This document shows, one piece after another, positions 38,571 to 51,700 of a stretch of DNA of 54,313 nt. The stretch spans positions 62,001 to 116,313 of the forward strand of contig CAUYUJ010000251.1 in assembly GCA_963575745.1 (NCBI GenBank), written 5' to 3'. The stretch is from Prorocentrum cordatum. Lineage: Eukaryota. A program made the translations under genes and the position numbers. The notes below the pieces were generated by a model, which did not search any database, was not told the origin of the DNA, and saw only the letters and a program-made list of their open reading frames with translations. Position 1 is the first letter of the stretch. Each line of letters starts with the position of its first letter.

Positions 38571-40049
38571 AAAAGAATGGAGAGAGCTGCCAGAGACCGC
38601 TGCCGTGCCCAGCTGCAGCACTGAAGCACTGTGTAGTGACAGGCACGAGCACCCACCCACCATGAGCAGGTCGAAAAGTCGCGGCCGAGGTGCCAGCCGG
38701 GGCTTCCTCCACATCCATCCTGGGACCCCAGGGGGCGGTGGATACGGATATACGCGGGGTCGCAATCTATCCATATCGACGACGTCTCGGGCGGTGGACA
38801 CGGGTACTTAACTACCGTATGCAGCGAGAGCAAGAACGGACGGCTCCCTTCGTCCACAGCATGCGGTACGCGTGCAGAAGTTGTCCCCTGGGGAAGCTAA
38901 CAGGTACTGCTACCACTGCTCCCAGGGCCTCGGGGCGCGTTCTGACCAGGATCTCGAGGCGAATCCAACGGTGGCGACGAAGCGGGGGTTTCTGGATGTT
39001 CGTCTTCCCCTCCACTTCCCATAGTTTCCCATATTTTCCACGGAATCGACGATCATTTATGTCTGTGTCTTCGGTCCTCCTGAGATCCAAGAGAACACAC
39101 TGGAACCGCTTGATCCGGGATGGCTCCTGTTTCAGAAGGGTGCTGGACAATATCTGCATGGGGCAGGATGTGAGCCGGGACAACTCGAAATCTAAGCACA
39201 ACCTGGGGAAACTCCAGCGCGACCACCCCTTGCCCTGATAACTCGGGGCTCTGAACGCCTGGCGGGGCCATGTTTGCCGAGGGATTGGATGATTGCAGGA
39301 CAGCCGACGCCGTCGCCGTCGCCGACGGCGCCAATTCCCGCGCCGACCGTCGCCTTCGCCGCGCGAGGCGCGCTCATCTGAGCGACGAAAAGACAAGGGC
39401 CTTAATTACGCGAGATGGCGTAGCGACCTTACGCGGTGGCTCACGCGGACCGCCAGCGTGGGACACCGCGTGGAGAAGAGAGCGTTTACGCACGACCTTA
39501 CGCGGGCACGGCTTCATTGCGTACGCGCCAGTGTCGGTTCAAACGGCTCCGGTTTCCTGCGGCACGCATCTGGGGCAACAAAAGGACACTGACCTCTCCA
39601 AGGGAACGCCCAGACCAAAACTTCGGGGAGCATCCAACCGTGGCGACGAGTACTCTCCAGGACGAGCAACGGTATTGGTATCTTCTCCCCTCCGACTATC
39701 GGAGAGAAGTGCGCTCGCCGCAGGCGGCGGCCCGGCGGCGCCTTCGCGCGCGAGGCGCGCTCGGCGAAGAACGGGCGCGCCACCGCGCACACGCAGCGCA
39801 GTGTCTGCAGCGGCGCGACCGCCTGTCCGCCGGGCGCCGACTGGTCGCCTCGCGCGGCGGGCGGGCCGGCGGCAGCGGAGCGTCCTCCTCCTCCTCCTCC
39901 GTTCTTCCTCCTCCTCCTCCTCCTCCTCCTCCTCCTCCTCCTCCTCCTCCTCCATCCCTTCTCCTTATAGATAACGCCCCCCTGTCGCACACGCAGGCGC
40001 GTCAGTGGGGCGCGCTGGGCGCTTCGCCTAGAACGCCCTCAACATGTAT

Positions 40050-40640
40050 GATCCTGAAGCTTGGAATTCGCGACCAAAGATGGAGGGCGTGCCTTTTCAA
40101 AATATGGCTCTCGTCCAGCGCTGAACGCATTCGTCCAACAATTATGCAGGGGTGTGACGAATGGAGGGCGGGCCTCTTTCGAAATGTGGATCTCGCCTGA
40201 ACGCCTCGCAGACTCGCCTTTAAATTTAGCACCAGCTTCACGGATGGAGGGCGGGGCCTTAGAAGGGCCTTGGCGCCGCGCGCATTCGTCTCTCAAGTTT
40301 GCAACATCTTCACAGATGGAGGGCGGGTCGAATTCAAATGTGATTCTCGCCTTGGCGCCGCTGGCATTCGTCTCAAATGTTTGCAGCAGTCTGAACTATT
40401 AATATGGCTGAGCTCCAGGAATGGTTTTCTAGCTAGATCTAGGTAAGCCGGAACGCAAGAGTCACGCTGATATGCGGTGTGGAAATCCCCCCAAAGGCGT
40501 TCTGGCACAATTTGATATTGTCAGGACGCGACAGTGAACTTGATTCTCGGCGTTGAAATCCCATCAACTGTATTTTGGCGCGATTAGACGATCTTCCAAC
40601 GGGGCACTTCCCGCAATGAATGTGTTAGCCAGCGTGGACC
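40050..40640. repeat. Dispersed repeat, copy B of 12730-13520
   Basis: atggagggcgg...aaatgtgg.tctcgcc units and the shared downstream block. Confidence 0.7.
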
Positions 40641-40669
40641 CCAAACATTGTGCTCCTAGCAAGATCTTA

Positions 40670-40966
40670 AGTGCAGTATATGTGGATTAACCTATGTTGT
40701 GCAGTAGATGTGGTGCAATCCATGGTGCGCAACCTATGTTGTGGAGTATCTGTGGTGCAAGCTAGGTGGTGCAATCGATGTGGCGCACTCTACGAGGTAC
40801 GCATTTTATGCGGTGCGATCGACGTGGTGCAATCTGAGTTGTGCAATGTATGTGGTGCGACCGATACGAAATTAGTGGTGCAATCTACGCGGCGCACTAA
40901 ATGTGTTTATATCTGTATCTATCGACTAGAACCATCGCGCGCGCTTCGCGCGTGCTCAAGTTCTAG
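40670..40966 (+). mobile_element. Putative non-autonomous Helitron 3' end with a 14-bp minisatellite
   Basis: Degenerate atgtggtgcaatct repeats, then hairpin gcgcgcgc-ttc-gcgcgtgc (40937-40955), 7 nt, and CTAG (40963-40966). Confidence 0.45.
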
Positions 40967-41249
40967 CTAGGCTTGATAGGCTAACTCATGTAATATCATG
41001 TTGGTCGCTTCTTGCGTCCAGGGACTCCCTTGGAGGCCCTGCGCAAGCCTCGGAATCGTATAGAAGGGGAAGTGCGGAAACACAGAAATCATTAATTCCC
41101 TTTCCATATTCAACGATTTGGGGCCCTCGAAGCCTTCCTGAGTTCTTTTTTGGGAGGTGAGGAGGGTCTGGGCTGTAGTCTGTTGTGCAAGAGTAGACTG
41201 GGGGCCAAACTCGGAAAAAAGAAGAAGAAGGAATTGTGGGATTCCCATT

Positions 41250-42760
41250 TTTTTCCATTTCCTCGGCGCTGTTCGGCGCTGTTCTTTGTTTGTGCCTCGC
41301 GGGTTTTGTTAGCCGTGCCCCTCAGGGGTGTGGGATCTTCCGGACCCCCTGGGGGTTCTGGAGGCCTCCTGGAGGCCTGGAGAGCCGTCGGAAGGGTGTC
41401 TCGGGCTGCGCGGGAGCGTGTTGGGCCGTTCTTTACGTTCTGGGGGCTCCTTATGGTCGTTATGGGCTGTCCTTCGGCGTGATGGGGGCTCCCCGGGAAG
41501 CCGGGAGACGCGGTACCGGCCAGACGTCAAGGGATGTGTGCGATCTCCGAATAGGAAACCACTTTGAAACAAAAACGGGCTGCGTGGTACCAGGCGCCTC
41601 TTCGGCAATGTTGGGGCTTCTTGGCCCGTCTTGGACCCGTCCTGGGAGTCTTTTGGGCGGTCTTGGGGCGGTCTTGGACCGTTGGAAACTCGACATCGCG
41701 AGAAGGCCAAACACATACAAAAAACAATCAAATCGACGATTTGGGGCTCTTCGGGCTTTCCCGGGACGCCTCTCGGACCTCTCTTGGGGCCTTTTGGAGG
41801 CCTCCTGGGAGTGTGGAGAGCCGTCCACAAGGTGTTTTGAACTGCTTGGGAGCGTCTTGGGCCGTTCTTTGCGTTCTAGGAGCTTCTTGGGGTCGTCATG
41901 GGCTGTCCTTTGGCGTCTTGGGGGCTCCCCGGGAAGCCGGGAGGCGCGGTACCGGCCAGATGTCAAGGGATCTGTAGGCCCCCCGAGTAGGAGTTCCATT
42001 TTGTTTTTTAGGAATTCCCTTTTTTCAAAATCCTCGATCTTTGAGGGTTGGAAGCGGGAAAACGTGAGAAGGCGAAAAAGATTGGAACAAAAACCATGGG
42101 GAAATCAACGATTTTTTGATTTTACCCTCTTTGGGCTCTTTCGGGACGGCTCTCGCAGCTCTCTTAGACTGTTCTTGGAGCCTCGTCGGGGTCTTTTCAG
42201 GACCTCTCAGGGATCGGGGAGGTGTTGGGGGCCTCTGGGTGGTTCTGGAGGCCTCTCAGAAGTCTCTGGAAGCCTCCTGCTCCCGCTCTTGGGCCCATCT
42301 TGGGCCTGTTCTGGGGTGGTCTGGGGCTGTCCTGGGCGCCTCTTCGGCAGTCTTGGAGCCTTGTTGGCCCGTCCTGAGGTTCTCTTGGGTGGTCTTGGGG
42401 CGGTCTTGGAAGCCTCTTCGGCGCTCTGACCGTTGGAAGCTCGAAAACGCGAGAAGCCAAAAACATAGAAAAAACAATTCCAATGGACGATGTTGGCCTC
42501 TTCGGGCCGGCCCGGGACGCCTCTCGGACCTCTCTTAGGGTCTCTTGGAAGCCACCTGGGAGCCTCGAGAACCGTTTGAAGGCTGACTTGGGCTGCTTGG
42601 GAGCGCCTTCGGCCATCATTTCGCATTCTGAGGGCTCCTGGGGGGCGTCTTGGGCCCTCGTGGAGCGCTGTGAAGGCTCCCCGGAAATGCCACGGGAGCG
42701 GTACCGGGAGCGTTTCCAAGATGTGGCGGGGAGGTGTGGGACCCGGGGCCGGGGGGGGGC
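41250..42760. repeat. Degenerate ggcctcttgg/ggtcttgg-rich repeat with internal duplication
   Basis: gggggctccccgggaagccgggag.cgcggtaccggccaga.gtcaaggga occurs at ~41484 and ~41920. Confidence 0.7.
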
Positions 42761-43029
42761 GGTATTTTCTTTTATATACATATATATATGTATACATATG
42801 TGTATATATATATATGTGTGTATGTGTGTGTGCCATTATGCACTGTGGAGTGTGCGTCCTTCAAGCGACGTGCTCTAGTCTATGTTGTACAAGGTATGTG
42901 GTGAAATTTACTTTGACTGTCTTGAAGCTGTCCACTCCACTGCTCGCGCAAACATCCCACCCACCCACCCGCAACTTGGTTCGCAAAATCTCTGAAGACC
43001 GTGACGGTGGGTACCAAATGGCACTTGGC

Positions 43030-43835
43030 AACGACAGCGACGCCGACGACGACAGCGGCAACGGCGACGACGACGCCACCGACAACGACTACGACGACAC
43101 CGACGACGTCTCCAACAACCTCGACGACGCCGACGCCGACAACGACGACGACGACGACGACGACGACGACACCGACGACGACGACGCCGACGCCGACGAC
43201 GACGACGATGACGACGACGACGAAGATGACGACGCCGACGACGACAACGACGACACCGACGACGACGACGTCAACGACGCCGGCGACGACGACGACGACG
43301 ACGACGACGGCAGCGACGACGACGGCTACGTCGACGGCGACGAAGACGGCAACGACGAAGGCGACGACGACGCCGACGCCGACGCCGACGACGAAAACGA
43401 CGACGACGACGACGACGACGACGACGTCGCCAACGAAGACGACGACGAGGGAGGAGGGAGGACGACGACGGCGACGACGGCAACGACGACAACGACGAGG
43501 GAGGAGGGAGGACGGCGACGACGCGAACGACGCAGAAGGAGGAAGGACGGCGACGCCGACGACGACAAAGACGAGGGAGGAGGGAAAACGACGACGACGA
43601 CGACGACGACGGCGACGAAATAGGAGGGACGACGACGAGACGCCGACGACGGACGACGACGACGACGAGGGAGGAAGAGGAAGGACGACCACGGCGACAA
43701 CGACGACGGAAACGACCACGACGCCAAAGAGGACGACGACGACGAACACGAGGAAAAACAGAGGACGACGTAGGCGACGACGACGACGACGACGCGGGAG
43801 GAGGGAAGACGGCGACGACGACGACGACGACGACG
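43030..43835. repeat. Degenerate (CGA/GAC)n microsatellite
   Basis: Read directly; source of the poly-Asp/Thr/Arg ORFs. Confidence 0.92.
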
Positions 43836-43839
43836 CAAG

Positions 43840-46800
43840 AACGAGCGCGCACGTTTTTGTTGAAAATCCGTGTTGCGAAACCTTGTGTTTTTGTATGTTT
43901 TTTGGACACACGATTTTGAAATCTTTCCGAAACCGATGGGTTTTGAAGGATTTCGGCATACGCGCGCGACGACGCGCGCGTCTGCACTTCGTCCCATTTT
44001 TTGCATGGGTTTCTCGCGACGGCACACGCGCAAGGGCGTTCGACAGATTTCGACATGCGCGCGCGAAGCCCGTTTGGTTGCATGTTGTGAACCATCTTGA
44101 AAAAAACCTACGGTTTTCTAAAAAAATCGCAAGAATTCGCGCGTAAGATTTTTTTTGTAGAAAATCCGTGTTGCGAAACCTTGTGTTTTTTTGCATGTTT
44201 TCTGGAAACTCGATTGCGAAATCTCTCCAGCACCGAGTTTTTGAAGGATTTCGGCATGCGCGCGCCGACGCGCGCGTGCGCATTCCGTCCCATGTTTTGC
44301 AAACGATTCGTGCAAAACTCTTATGTTCGAGCAACAAATGTCCCCGCGCATCGTTTTTTAAAGAGGGAACCTCAGGGGGACCAATCCCGGCCCCCCTGGG
44401 ATAATGCAGATTCATATTTAGGATGGACCTGTGGCCAGAATCATATATGATTTACATACCCGAAAAAACGAGCGTGGATAACGCCGGGGGGGGTAGAGTC
44501 TATTATTTTCTATAAGGAGGAAACTTAACTTTAACAAACGAGTTGACGTATCCCATGTTTTTGCAAACATCCCACCCACCCACCCGCAACTTGGTGTGCA
44601 AAACCCATGCGGTGGCGATTGCGATGCATGCTTGGCGTTGGCTGGTGGATCTTTGCGGCCGCGCCAACCCTAGCACGCGCGCGCGCAACGGCCAGCTAGT
44701 TTTGCGCCACCGACGCGGCAGCGGAGGCGCTGACCGCTGGGCGCAACCCAGCGGCCACTTCACCGCGAATCGGCGACTTGAGCGGGCGCGGTATCATGGC
44801 AACGCCGACAGCGGTAGACACGATGATGAGAGTAGCGATGCTGGTGACGATGTTCGCACCGACGAATGCAGGCCAGTGCGGGCGCCGATGCTGATCACGC
44901 CGGCGACGATGACGGCGTCCTCGCGTCGGTGGTGAAGGTTGTAGAAAGAGTTCGACATGCGCGCGCGGCCGACGCGCGAGAGTGGCCCGCATGGACTAAT
45001 GTGACATGGATCGTGCCCCCACAACACGCGCGCAAGGGCGTGCGAATGATGCCGGCATGCGGCGCCAGAGGCCCGTTTGGCAGAATTCATAGAAAATAGT
45101 GAACATAAGAACTCGCAAGAGCGCGCGCGCAAACTCGTTCTAGAGCTGATGTTGCGAGTCCATGTGTTTTTGCATGTGTTTTGGACATTCGGTTTGAAAT
45201 CGTTGCGAAACCGATGGTTCTCGAATGATTTCGGCATGCGCGCACGACGACGGGCGCGTGCGCACTTCGTCCCATCTGTTGCAAAAAATTCTCGGGACGG
45301 CACGCGCACAAAGGCGTTCGAATGATTTCGAGATGTGCGCGCGCGAAGCCGCTTTGGTAGCATGGTTTGAAAATATTGAAGAACCTACGACGACCATAAG
45401 AATTCGCAAGGACGCGCGCGCACGTTTTTTACTTGATGTAATCAAATCCGCGTTTCGAAAACCATGTGCTTTTATATTTGTTTTGGGCACTCGATGTCGA
45501 AACCCTTCCGGAACCTATGGTTTTGGGCGGATGTCGGCGTGCGGGCGCAACGACGCGCGCGTGCGCACTTCGTCACATGTTTCGCCACGGGTTCTTGTAA
45601 ACTGCTGATTTTTGATAAACGAGTGCGCGCGCATCGCATTTGTTGCAGAGGATGACGGGGGGGGCGATACAGGTTGGGCTGGGATGATACGAGTTCATAT
45701 TTCGGGTGGGCGATGGGTCAGGGTCATATGCAAATTGCGATACCACAAAGTGAACTGATAATCCGAGGGGGTGTGGTCTAATATTTTGATAGAAAAGAGA
45801 GCGTATGTGGCGCAAACTTGTAACAAGCGAGTTGACACATCCCATGCTCTTGCAAACATCCCACCCACCCACCCACAACCTGGTTTGCAAAACACACGCG
45901 GTGGCGATTGCCATGCACGCTTGGCGTTGGCTGGTGGATCTCTGCGGCCGCGCCAACCCTAGCACGCGCGCGCAACGGCCAGCTAGTTTTGCGCCACCGA
46001 CGCGGCAACGGTGGCGCTGACCGCTGGCGCAACCCAGCGGCCACTTCACTGCAAGTCGGCGACTTGAGCGGGGGCGGTACCATGGTAACGCCGACAGCGG
46101 TAGACACGATGATGAGAGTAGCGATGCTGGTGACGATGTTCGCACCGACGAATGCGCGGCCAGTGCGAGCGCCGATGCTGATCACGCCGGCGACGATGAC
46201 GGCGTCCTCGCGTCGGTGGTGAAGGTTGCGGAAAGAATTCGACATGCGCGCGCGGCCGACGCGCGAGAGTGGCCCGCATGGACTAATGTGACACGGATCG
46301 TGCCCCCACAACACGCGCGCAAGGGCGTGCGAATGATGCCGGCATGCGGCGCCAGAGGCCCGTTTGGCAGAATTCACAAAAAATGTTGACCGATGGTTGT
46401 CTGAGAAATTCGCAAGAGCGCGCGCGCAAGCTTCTTTTGAAAGCTGATGTTGCGAACCCATGTGTTTTTGAAAGTGTTTTGGGCATTTAGTTTTGAAATC
46501 GTTTAGGAACCAATGTTCTTGTTGAGGACTTCGGCATGCGGGCGCAACGACGCGCGCGTGTGCATTTTGGTTCGTTTTTTGTAAAAAAAAATTCTCGCGA
46601 CGGCACGCGCGCAAGGGCGTTCGAACGATTTCGACGTGCGCGCGCGAAACCCGTTTGGTAGTATGTTTCTGAACATGTTGAAAAACCATTGCTTGTTTCA
46701 AACATTCGCAAGAACGCGCGCGTTCCTTTTGTTTGTTTGTTTGTTTTGAAAATCCGTGCTGCGAAACCATTTGTGTTTTATATGTGTTTTGGACACTCGA

Positions 46801-46980
46801 TTTTGAAATCCTTCCGAAACCGATGGCCTTGGGAGATACATGGAGATACCGGCATGCGGGCGCGACGACGCGCGCGTTTGCACTTCGTCATTTTCTGCAA
46901 GGGATTATGTTCTCATGTGTGAATTGCAATACAAAGAGGGGAACCGACAATTCGGGGGGGAGAGTCTTTTCTCTTTTAGG
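43840..46980. repeat. Cluster of related repeats including a ~560-bp duplication (44537-45090 vs 45826-46380)
   Basis: ttcggcatgcg.gc.cgacg.cgcgcgt units recur about six times; the cgagttgac...ggcagaattca blocks are near-identical; caaacatcccacccacccaccc occurs at ~42949, ~44564 and ~45853. Confidence 0.85.
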
Positions 46981-47319
46981 TAAGGAAAAAATATGCGGTG
47001 CAATGTACGTCGTGCAATTTAGGCGGCGACGGGCGGCGACGGCGACAACATAGCAGCCAGACCAGCGGTAAGGCCCAGACGACGGGTGGAAAAGAGACGA
47101 CGTCGGGGCGGCGACGGCGACAACATAGCTGCCAGACCCGCAACCAGGCCCAGACGACGGGCGGCGACGAGGCAGCGACGGCAGTTCCTTAGAACAAAAG
47201 AAAGACCCCCCAAGAGCAAGTGCAATTTGGGAAAGGAGTTATTATATGAACCTTCGAAAGAGGACCTTGGAGAAACTGTTTATGAAACATGATTGCTGCG
47301 TTGTTTGTTTGCACAGGTG

Positions 47320-48463
47320 CTCCTCCTCCACCTCCCTCTCCTCCTCCTCCTCCCTATCCTTCTCCTCCTCCTCCTCCTTCTCCTCCTCCTCCTTGCCTCC
47401 TCCTCCCTATTTTCCTCCTCCTCCTCCTCTTCCTCCTGATCCACCTCCTGATCCTCCTCCTCCTGCTCCTCCTTCTCCTCCTCTCCTCAGCCTCCCCCTT
47501 CTCCTCCTGCTCCTCCTCCTCCTCCTCCTCCTCCTCCTCGTCCTCCTCCTCCTGTATGGCGACGTGCTCGGCGAGCTCGACGAGGACGGCGGCGAGCTCG
47601 ACGGAGACTGCGACGGCGGCGGCGAAACCAGCGACGGCGGCGTCGAGCTCGGCGGTAGCGACGGCAGTAGCGGCGAGCTCGGCCGCGACGACGACGGAGT
47701 GGGGGATTGTGCGCAGAGCTGTGCCGGCATCATGGTGCGCGAGGCGTCGTGCCGCGCCGTAGGCTTGTATCAGAAGTTGTGGAGGATGTGGATTAATCAG
47801 GAGGTCACGCAGGGGAAAGAGGGAAGGGGGGAGTTGGAAGAGGAGGAGGAGGAGGAAGGAGGAGAAGGAACGGGAGTAGGAGTAGGAGGGAGGATGAAAA
47901 ATAGGGAGGGCGACGGAGAGTATGGGAAAAGGGAGGAGTGGGCAGGAAGAGAAAGAGGGCAAAGAAGGGGGGGGGGAAAAGGAGGAAGAAGTGGTCGTGC
48001 ACGTGTTGGCCGATCCTGCGAGCGGTTGCGCTTGTCTTCTTATCCTCCATCCTGCGTGGAGGGGGGGGCGCAGCGTGGTCAGGAGCATTAGGGATGAGGC
48101 GGGTGGGTGGGTGGGCCGAGGGGTACGGGGGGGGGGGAAGGGGAGGGCAGGAGGGGATGGCGGGCGGGGGGGTGGGCTGTGGATTCTTTCTGGGGCCGCC
48201 AAAACGGTCCGCCTCCTCCAACTCCCTCTCCTCCTTCTCCTCCTCCCTATCACCATCCCTCCTCCTCCTCCTCCTCCTCCTCCTCCTCCTCCAACTCCTT
48301 CCTCTTTTTCTCCTCCTCCTCCTTCCTCCTCCGGATCCTCCTCCTCCTCCTCCTCCTCCTCATCCTCCTCCTCCTCCCCCCTCCTCCTCTCCTCAGCCTC
48401 CCCCTCCTCCTCCTCCTCCTCCTCCTCCTCCTCCTCTTCCTTCCTGTATTGCGACGTGCTCGG
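47320..48463. repeat. (CCT)n/(GGA)n tracts with a duplicated junction
   Basis: cctctcctcagcctcccc...cctgtat(g/t)gcgacgtgctcgg occurs twice (ending ~47571 and ~48463). Confidence 0.8.
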
Positions 48464-50549
48464 ACAAGAACGATATCATGATGCGATTGGCTCAAGACAT
48501 CTTCCAGGAGCTCCAAGGTAATCATCCAACGACCCTCGTCTCTGCAGCCCGTGTGAAACGATAGGACGTCAACCTTGGCAGCCCTGGGAACCTTGGACAT
48601 CTTGGAACGTACCAGTATCATAAGCTCTTGCTCCCTTGCACGGTGGCACCGGGCCAACGGGTGCGCGGCGATGGTACCGCGAAGCCAGAAATTCGGCGAC
48701 CCCGTAGCGGCGGCCCTCCGCAGTGCCTCGAGCGCTTTCCAGCCCGACGGCCCGCTCTGGCCCCTTCTGCCCCCCCGCCCCCTCCCACGAGCGCCTTGGA
48801 GCTCCAACGTTTGGACGGCATCGAGGCGGCGGAGGTTCTTCGGCTTCTCGGGGCCGTCGCCGGGCCCAGGGAGCGTCAGAAAACGACCCGGGGACGGCAA
48901 GCGGGCCGGGGGGGAAGGGCCCCCGTCCGGGAACAAGCGCGAGACCTCGGATCTCTGGGCACCGAGCCCGCCCATCGGTGGCAACGCATGGGAGCCTCCC
49001 GTACCATTTTGTTGGCATTTCGGCATCCACGCTAATCGACACGAGTCGACGCCCAAATCGTCCACCAGTCAACGCTGGTCGGCGCCAATCGACGCCACAT
49101 CGGCGCTCTCCCATCGACTACGAGACGCTAATCGACGCCAGTCGACGCTGGAGACGGAATCGAGATTCTGGCGTGGGAGCGTCACGCTGTCCCATCGCAA
49201 AACCATCGAAACGCAAGAAGCCCAGGGCACCCTGGAGGCAAGCAGGGTGCTTCCTGGCATGGGCCTCCTGTGACGCGATCCAGTCCCCTCCACGCCTCGT
49301 GGGAGACAGCCCACTCCCCCGCTGCCCCAGGGCGGCCTGCCCGACCCCACGCTCCATCGGGGAGCTCGGCAGCAAGCAAGCGGCGGCGAAAGAGGCCGGA
49401 GCCAGAGCGCGCGAATGCAGATCGAAAAAGCGCAGACATCGTCCGGTATGCTCTTGTGTTTGTTGTTGATCGTATGTTTCAATCCGCAGCCCTATACAGT
49501 AAGAGCTCGACCACACGAAACCTTCCACAAGAAACCCAACCCTGAGAACCCAGGACGTCCACTGTTTTTTGTTCTGCGTGGGAGCGTCACGATTGCCATA
49601 GCAAAACCATCAAAGCCCAGGAAACCCAGGGCACCCTGGAGGCAAGCCGAGTGTTTCCTGGCATGGGCCTCCACGGTATGTCCTTTGACATGGTCATTCG
49701 ACCCGCGACCCGGCAGCCCTCCCGACCCCTTCCCCGGGAGCAGTCCCGCGACCCGGAGCCGCTCCTGGCCACCTCCGGGGCCCGTTCGCGGGCCCCTTTT
49801 GAGGCCAGCGTCGACAAACACGCCCGCATCGGGTGCGGACGACGACGGCGACGGCGACGGCGACGACATCGGAGCTCTGGGTGCAGGCAGCAAGAGCGCC
49901 AGCCTCCGCTGGGCGGCGGCGCGGCCCCGCCCTTGCGGGCCGGCCGCTGGCCCGCGTCCTGGGCCGAGGGGGAGCGCCAGCGGGGGGCCGGATCAATTGG
50001 GGGAGCGTCGACCTGGAACTCGGCGATGCATCGCCGATGGATCGGCGATCCATGGGCCCATCAATGAGAGCGAATCCTAGCGTTCCTGGGCCCGGTGGTC
50101 AATCGGGCCCCTATCGGCGATCGATGGGCGATGGGGGATCGACGCACCCCCCCACCCCCCCAGCTTACCCCCCGTAACGTTGCCCCTGGGAGGAGGAGGG
50201 AGGCATGGGGAGGAGGAGGCAGGAGGCGGGAGGCGGGGGGCGGGAGGAGGAGGAGGAGGAGGAGGAGGAGGAGGAGGAGGAGGATGAGGAGGAGGAGGAG
50301 GAGGAGAAGGAGGAGGAGGAGGAGGAGGAGGAGGAGCAGGAGGACGGTGGATAAGGTGGAAACGTGCATGCGTCCGTGGCGCCTCGCATCCCGCGAAGGG
50401 AGGGCGGCCCCCCCCTGGCGCCTGCATGGACCGCCGGCCACGCGCCAAAAAGCGCCCCGTGGGCTCTCGCCTCCCCCCGAGCGCAGGGGAGGCCGACCCC
50501 GGAGGCGGCACCAGGGAGCGCACGACGAGGGACTCACCCATGCTCTCAT

Positions 50550-51700
50550 CCGGTTCCACCTGCGGCACCGCCGCGGTCTCCGCGATGGTCCTCCTCCACG
50601 CTGGAGGGCGGGAGAGGTGGGACGGCAACCTCCGACGCGGCCACCTCGCCCACGGAGCAGCCCGCGACGTGCTGCGCCCCCAGCACCCTCTCGCCGCTCC
50701 CGACGCCCACCGTCGTCACCTGCTCGAGCTCGTGAGTGAGCACGTCGGCGTCGCACCGGCAAGTCAAACGCAACGTTTGGGGACGAGAATCCTTGCTGCC
50801 CTCCTGACCTCGAGCTGCGACTGCGGATCGGCCGCGATCGGCTCGTCCGCCACGTCCTGCGCGAATTGAGCCTTGCCGATACTCTCGCCATGCTTCACCT
50901 GCATCACCTCCACGGTCCTCTCGATCTCCAAGGCCTCCTCCTCGTTAAAAGACGGGAGCGGCGTGATGACGGCAAACTCCGCCCCGGCCTCCTCGCATGC
51001 GGAGCTGCTCTCGACGTGCTGCATCGCCTGCACCTTCTCGTCCTTCCCGTCGCCAACCATCGTCTCCTCCAGCACCGCCTGAGACCGCGCTGCGGGACCT
51101 CCTCGCCATAACCGTGCCAGCTGGCCCAGCCATCAGGCACATGGCGCTCCTCCGCGTCGTCGCCGTCGTCTTCGCCCATGTCGAAGAACTGCGGCCCGAG
51201 GGAGGCAGCCTCCTCAACAGCACCACCAGCACAGGCGCCTCCAAGCAGGAAGTTGGACAGCTCCGCCGCGGTGATGAAGCCGATGGCGCTGATCAATTGC
51301 GGCTGCGCCTCCTGACCTTGCCCTGGTGCTTGTGCTTCTTGTCCTTCTTGCCCTTTTTGTCCTTCTTGCCCCCATGAGCGACCACCGAGTCCTGCTCCGA
51401 CATCTTCGGCTTGAACCCGCGGCTCTCCTGCTCCTGCTTGCAGGCCTCGAGCGCCCGCTCGAAGTCCAGCCGCACCTCGCTCTTCGGGGCGTTCTGCACG
51501 GCCTCCCGCTTCACGCCAGGAGCACGGCTGCGGCCCGCCCCCCTCCTCGGCTGCGCAGGCGTGGCCGCCCAGTCTCCCGGCGGCGGCTCCATGGGCGCAC
51601 CCGCGATCGCCGGGAGCGGCGCCGAGGCCGGCCGCGCCGTGGGCATCGCCCTGGGCGGCGCCACCACCCGTGCAGGCCTCCTCGTGGGCCACTTGACCTG
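50550..51700 (-). pseudogene. Decayed coding sequence of unknown family
   Basis: Successive frameshifted GC3-rich fragments (EVRLDFERALEACKQEQE..KKDKKGKKDKKHK; LGPQFFDMGEDD; FNEEEALEIERTVEVMQVKHG). Confidence 0.4.

Noticed and set aside
42670..44415. Acidic or Thr-rich protein ORFs
   Set aside because: Translation of the (GAC)n microsatellite.
48487..48496. Relic dinoflagellate spliced leader (TTGGCTCAAG); also CATTTTGGCTC near 9998
   Set aside because: Only 10-11 of 22 nt match, one lies within a satellite variant, and neither precedes a convincing ORF.
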